A stretch of DNA of 63,322 nucleotides, filler included, from Anaerolineae bacterium (GTDB lineage Bacteria; Chloroflexota; Anaerolineae; Epilineales; Epilineaceae), in the NCBI GenBank assembly GCA_029262755.1. It is 6 parts of 6 records of this genome, joined end to end, with 100 filler letters (N's around TTAATTAATTAA, not from the genome) between each part and the next. Parts side by side here need not be neighbours in the genome. Positions count along the whole stretch, not along the records: positions 48,551 to 60,391 come from JAJCYU010000181.1; positions 60,492 to 63,322 come from JAJCYU010000186.1; 4 more parts are not named here. One strand, written 5' to 3'. The notes under the pieces are model-generated. The model was not told the DNA's origin. It did not search any database and was given only the letters and a program-made list of their open reading frames with translations. Within the stretch, counting starts at the first letter, position 1. Every line of letters begins with the position of its first letter. Of this stretch, positions 59,019 to 63,322 are shown in pieces. The translations under genes were made by a program, and so were the position numbers.

Positions 59019-59758
59019 ACAGCGAGCTCCGCGGGGCTCGTTCGACCGCGGACGAAGCGAGCGATCAGCAAACCGGCGAGCCCCAGGCCGAGTCCCGCGG
59101 CTGCATAGTCAAGCCGCAAACCCGGCTCCGCTAGGCGAAACGACTCGAGGCTTGCGCCAAACAACACGAACTGCACAGTGCCGGGTAAGGTACCGATCAT
59201 CGTCGCAAGCACGAAGGCTCCCAGCGGCAACCGCAGCGCGCCGGCAACGATGCTCACCCCGTCGAACGGCAGATAGATCAGCCGCATGACCAGCACCGCT
59301 TCAAAGGGCGAGGCCTGCATTCGCTCGCGCCAGGCGTGCAGACGTCCGGCGCCGAAACGGTCTCCACCGGGCGGGCCGTCTTCCGATATCCATGCCGCAC
59401 CGAGGCGTCGACCGATGTAGTACGCCGCCACCGCTGACAGGTTTGCGGCCAGCACGGTAAGCAACGTGCCGCGTAGAGGACCGAAGAGGAAGCCGCCTGC
59501 GAGGGTGAGCACCGTGGCCGAGAACAAGAAGGCAAGCCGTGCGACGTAGGCTCCGACATAGAGTGCAGGACCCCAGACGGTCTGCGAGACCACGTGGACG
59601 AAGCCAAGACCCACCGCCTCAGGGCCCATACCTCGGGCGCGCGCGAAGATCCATGCCCCGATCGCCGTTCCGAGCCAAAGCGCGAGCACGATGACGCGGG
59701 GACGTACACGAGGTGTGGGGCTATGGGTTCGGCTATCTACCGCAGGGCCATCGGTCAT
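59015..59758 (-). CDS. TVP38/TMEM64 (DedA/VTT) family membrane protein
   Basis: LTLAGGFLFGP, MRLIYLPFD, FVLATMIGTLPG. Confidence 0.88.
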   Translation of the reverse strand: MTDGPAVDSRTHSPTPRVRPRVIVLALWLGTAIGAWIFARARGMGPEAVGLGFVHVVSQTVWGPALYVGAYVARLAFLFSATVLTLAGGFLFGPLRGTLLTVLAANLSAVAAYYIGRRLGAAWISEDGPPGGDRFGAGRLHAWRERMQASPFEAVLVMRLIYLPFDGVSIVAGALRLPLGAFVLATMIGTLPGTVQFVLFGASLESFRLAEPGLRLDYAAAGLGLGLAGLLIARFVRGRTSPAELAV

Positions 59759-60141
59759 CCGGCTCTCCCTACCAGCCATGGTAGCGGCAAGGACCATGAG
59801 GAACAGGATTCGATGGGTCTTGGCGGTGAGTTTGGGCCGGGGCTGGTACTCGGGAGCAATTCCATCGATCCAAAGTGGGCGGCCGCTCCGACATCCTGTA
59901 GCAACGTCAGATCATGTCATGATGGACGCAAGGGGGGTCCGACTCGCAAGACTCCGCACGGCGGATGACTTGGGCCGGGGCCCGATTGTGACGCGCGTGC
60001 GACACAATCGGGTCATGATTCCTCTGCGATCCCGGGGATCGAGACTATAATGCGGGGCTAGTGCCAGCGCTCGATGCGCGACACCAACGATTGAATCCCC
60101 GACCTCCCTTTGGTCGGGCGTGGCTCTAGGAGAAGCGGGAG

Positions 60142-60391
60142 ATGGCAGACAACGCTGAAGCGCCGATCAATGGCGCGCCGCCGGACGTAACGATCGAGGA
60201 GCGCGACTCCGTCATCATCCGTTTCGCCGGTGATTCCGGCGACGGCATGCAGCTGACGGGCACGCAGTTTACGAACACGGCCGCCGTAATCGGCAACGAC
60301 ATCAGCACGATGCCCGACTTCCCCGCAGAGATCCGGGCCCCTGCCGGCACGTTGGCCGGCGTCAGTGGATTCCAGGTTCACTTCTCAAGCG
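60142..60391 (+). CDS. 2-oxoacid:acceptor oxidoreductase alpha subunit, N-terminal fragment
   Basis: [33 protein letters not shown]. Confidence 0.92.
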
Positions 60392-60491
60392 NNNNNNNNN
60401 NNNNNNNNNNNNNNNNNNNNNNNNNNNNNNNNNNNTTAATTAATTAANNNNNNNNNNNNNNNNNNNNNNNNNNNNNNNNNNNNNNNNNNNN
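60392..60491. other. Artificial contig spacer
   Basis: N run with TTAATTAATTAA. Confidence 0.99.
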
Positions 60492-60492
60492 G

Positions 60493-63322
60493 GGCCGCAC
60501 GGCGGCTACGGGGCCGCGGACCGAGGGTGACGTCGACCTAGGCTTCGATCTCGGCATCATCCGCCCGGTGAGCGTGTCCGGTCACATTTGGCACGACGCT
60601 GACCGCGACGGCGTTCGTGACGCCGGCGAGCCCGGCCTGGGCGGCGCAAGTGTTGCGCTCTTCCGCGATGACGATGGCGTGCCCGGTCCTTCGGCCGGCG
60701 ACAGCCCGGTCGACATCATGGACTCGGACGCATTGGGAGGCTACGGCTTCGATGATCTTTCGCCCGGCGACTACTACATCGACGTGGTCGACAGCTCGAT
60801 CCCGTCCGGTATGGCGCCCACTACGGGTAGCTCGGATCCGTCGCCGGTAGTCGCGCTCGGACCGGGCGACGCGGTGAACAACCTCGACATCGGATACCGT
60901 GGGGTCGACCCGACCCGCGGCGCCCTCGGGGACACCGTCTGGTACGACGCGAACGGCAACGGCATCCACGATCCCGGCGAAACGGGTATCGGCGGCGTGC
61001 GGGTCGTGGTGCAAGGACCCAGCGGCACCGTGTCGGCCTTCACCGATCCGGATGGTTCGTGGCTGATCACGGAGTTGATCCCGGGTCAGTACGCGATCGC
61101 GGTCGACACGGCGACCCTGCCGGCCGGACACAATCCGACGCCGACCAACGGCGGTCCCGTGCGCGTGCTGACGTTGCCGGTCGGGGTTGACGTGCTCTAT
61201 GCCGACTTCGGCTTTGCGGCAGCGTCCACCGTGACCGGCACGATCGGTGACACGGTGTTCTTGGACGGCGACGGCGACGGCATCCAGGACCCAGGTGAAC
61301 CGGGGATCCAGGGGGTCACGTTGAACGTGGTCGACGACGGAACGGGCGATATCCTGGCCACGACCGTGACGGACGGCGACGGCCACTACGACTTCTTCGG
61401 CCTCACGCCGGGTGACTACACGGTGGTCGTGACGGACAACGACGACGTGCTGGGCACCTTGGTCCTGACGACCTCGCCGGCACCGACGACGAGCATCGGG
61501 CTCAGCGGTGGTGAGGACTACGACGACGCGGACTTTGGCTACGGAGTGCCCGCCGATGTCGCAGGCCCCGTTGCGGGCATGGTCGGCACGACGATCTGGC
61601 ACGACGTTGACGGCGACGGCCTGCGCGATCCGGGCGAATCCGGGCTCGAGGGCGTGGACGTCGACGTGTGGCGCGACGTGGACGGGGACTTGGTGCTGAA
61701 CCCAGGCACGGACGTGCTGGTTGCGACGACGACGTCGGATGCATTCGGCCAATACGTGGTCGCCAACCTGCCCTTCGACGACTACCTGGTCGACGTGGAC
61801 GACGCGTCGACGCCGCTCTTCGGCATGACCAAGACGACGGGCACACCGGCGACAGACGACAACAGCCAGGCGGATCCCTATGCCACGACCCTGACGTCGG
61901 CCGACCCGAGCGACGTCGCGGCCGACTTCGGCTACGAGGCGGTCGTGGGCCACCCAATCACGGGTATGGTCTTCGCCGATGTCAACGGCAACGGCGTCTT
62001 CGAGCCTGGCCTCGACATGCGCATCCCGCGCATTCCCGTCTCGCTATTCCAAGACACCAACGGGAACGACGTGTTGGACTCCGGCGAGCCCAGCCTGGGC
62101 ATGACGGAGACGAGCGAGGATCCAAGCACCGTGGGCACGTACACATTCCCCAACATGCCGGACGGCGACTACATCCTGGTGGCCGAGGCCAACGGTACGC
62201 GGTTGGAGGGGTACTTCCAGACGACCCAGACCGCGACGGGCGGCACGGAGCCGGCCGAGGTGGACGGCGCGCCATCGCCCAACCACAACTTCGGCTTCCT
62301 AGCCCCCGGCGGCAGCCAAACCAATCCCGTTTCGATCGTGACCTTCGGCAGCGAGCGAAGCGCGGACGGTGGAGCACGGGTGACATGGACGACGGCGAGC
62401 GAGGCCGGCAACGCGGGCTTCGACGTGTACGTGGAGACGGCGCAGGGAATCCGGCGCCTGAACGAGCAGCTGGTGCCGACGGCGTCCTCGGATGCTTTCG
62501 GTCCGCAAGCGTACGTGCTGGACGTGCCGGCGGAAACGCTGGGCGAGGGCTCGACGCTGTGGATCGAGGACGTGGACCTGCGCGGTGAAGCGCGGCGGCA
62601 CGGCCCCTTCGAGCTAGGCACGAGCACGGGCGACACGCTGGACATGCGCCCGATCGACTGGCCGACGATCGCAACGGAGCACGCGGAACTGGGCGTGGAG
62701 CGCACGACGGCGACGGCGGACGAGGCGGCGGCACGGCTGGACGCGTTGCGAACGGAGTTCGCGGCGGAGGGTCTGGACGTGGACGGCGCGCAACGGGCCG
62801 GCGCACTGAATGCCGGTGCGGACGGCACGTTCGACGCGAACGGTGACGCGAACGGTGACGCGAACAGTGACGCAAACGGTGACGTCACGACGGACGGCGC
62901 GATGGACGCGCAACTGGCGGAGCGCTTCGTGGATGCGCTGAGCCGCTCGGATGCATCGGGCGCGTTGGTGGATCTGCGCATCGAGCAGACGGGGTTGGTG
63001 CAGGTCACGCATGCGGACCTGGCGGCGGCGGGGGTGGACCTGACGGGCCTGCCGACGGCGCTGCTCGCGGTGACGGTGGACGGACGCGCGGTGTCGCGCG
63101 ACGTGGCCGGCGGCGCAACGTGGTCGGCGGACTCGGCGCTCGTGTTCCACGCTCGGACGCGCGATAGCGTGTACGGCGAGGCGAACGTGTACCGGATCGG
63201 CCTGGATTGGGACGCGGCAACGCGGATCGCGCAGGCGGATGGTACGCCGAGCGCGGATGCGGCGGCGCCTGCCTGGTACCTGGAGACGGTGTCGATGAAC
63301 CGCGACCACGGCTACGCGCCGG
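60493..63322 (+). CDS. Large surface protein fragment: SdrD B-like repeats followed by a region resembling the C25 peptidase N-terminus (missing from ORF track; open at both ends)
   Basis: Five repeats of G.(I/V)(W/F).D.(D/N)GDG..D.GE.G..GV..DFG(Y/F); then VTWTTASEAGNAGFDVY and LRIEQTGLVQVTHADL..DSVYGEANVY. Confidence 0.82.

Overview
High-GC bacterial DNA, probably a draft or metagenome-assembled Chloroflexota genome. That assignment is inferred from several secreted proteins with Pro/Thr-rich linkers ending in an (I/V/L)-(Y/W)-L-P motif and from a NACHT-FGE protein. The window is six separate contigs joined by 100-bp N/TTAATTAATTAA spacers, so adjacency across gaps carries no information. 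Content is mostly ordinary chromosomal genes: Thr/Ser dehydratase, aspA, DinB, nitrilase-family, SDR, LysE, ABC-F, two ECF sigma modules, lemA, two PIN toxin-antitoxin pairs, a pstS-phoU-pstCA(B) operon, a Fe-S/NrfD plus molybdopterin oxidoreductase, a HisJ-type PHP, sppA, a ynjBCD-like ABC cluster, a 2-oxoacid oxidoreductase alpha fragment and large surface proteins. The stand-out locus is a tightly coupled operon at 20006-24151. It encodes two unannotated proteins that each look by eye like divergent Ku-core proteins, an ATP-dependent DNA ligase with an extra WGR-like domain and basic tail, and an AEP primase-polymerase fused to a HAD phosphatase. This is a candidate non-canonical, possibly heterodimeric-Ku, DNA end-joining system. 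Other points of interest are a structured sRNA candidate (362-505), a 74-bp AT-rich palindrome (28717-28790) and a PhoU fused to an ArsC/LMW-PTP-like domain lacking the nucleophilic Cys. No rRNA, tRNA, CRISPR array, transposase or reverse transcriptase was recognised. All family calls come from motifs read by eye; no database searches were run.
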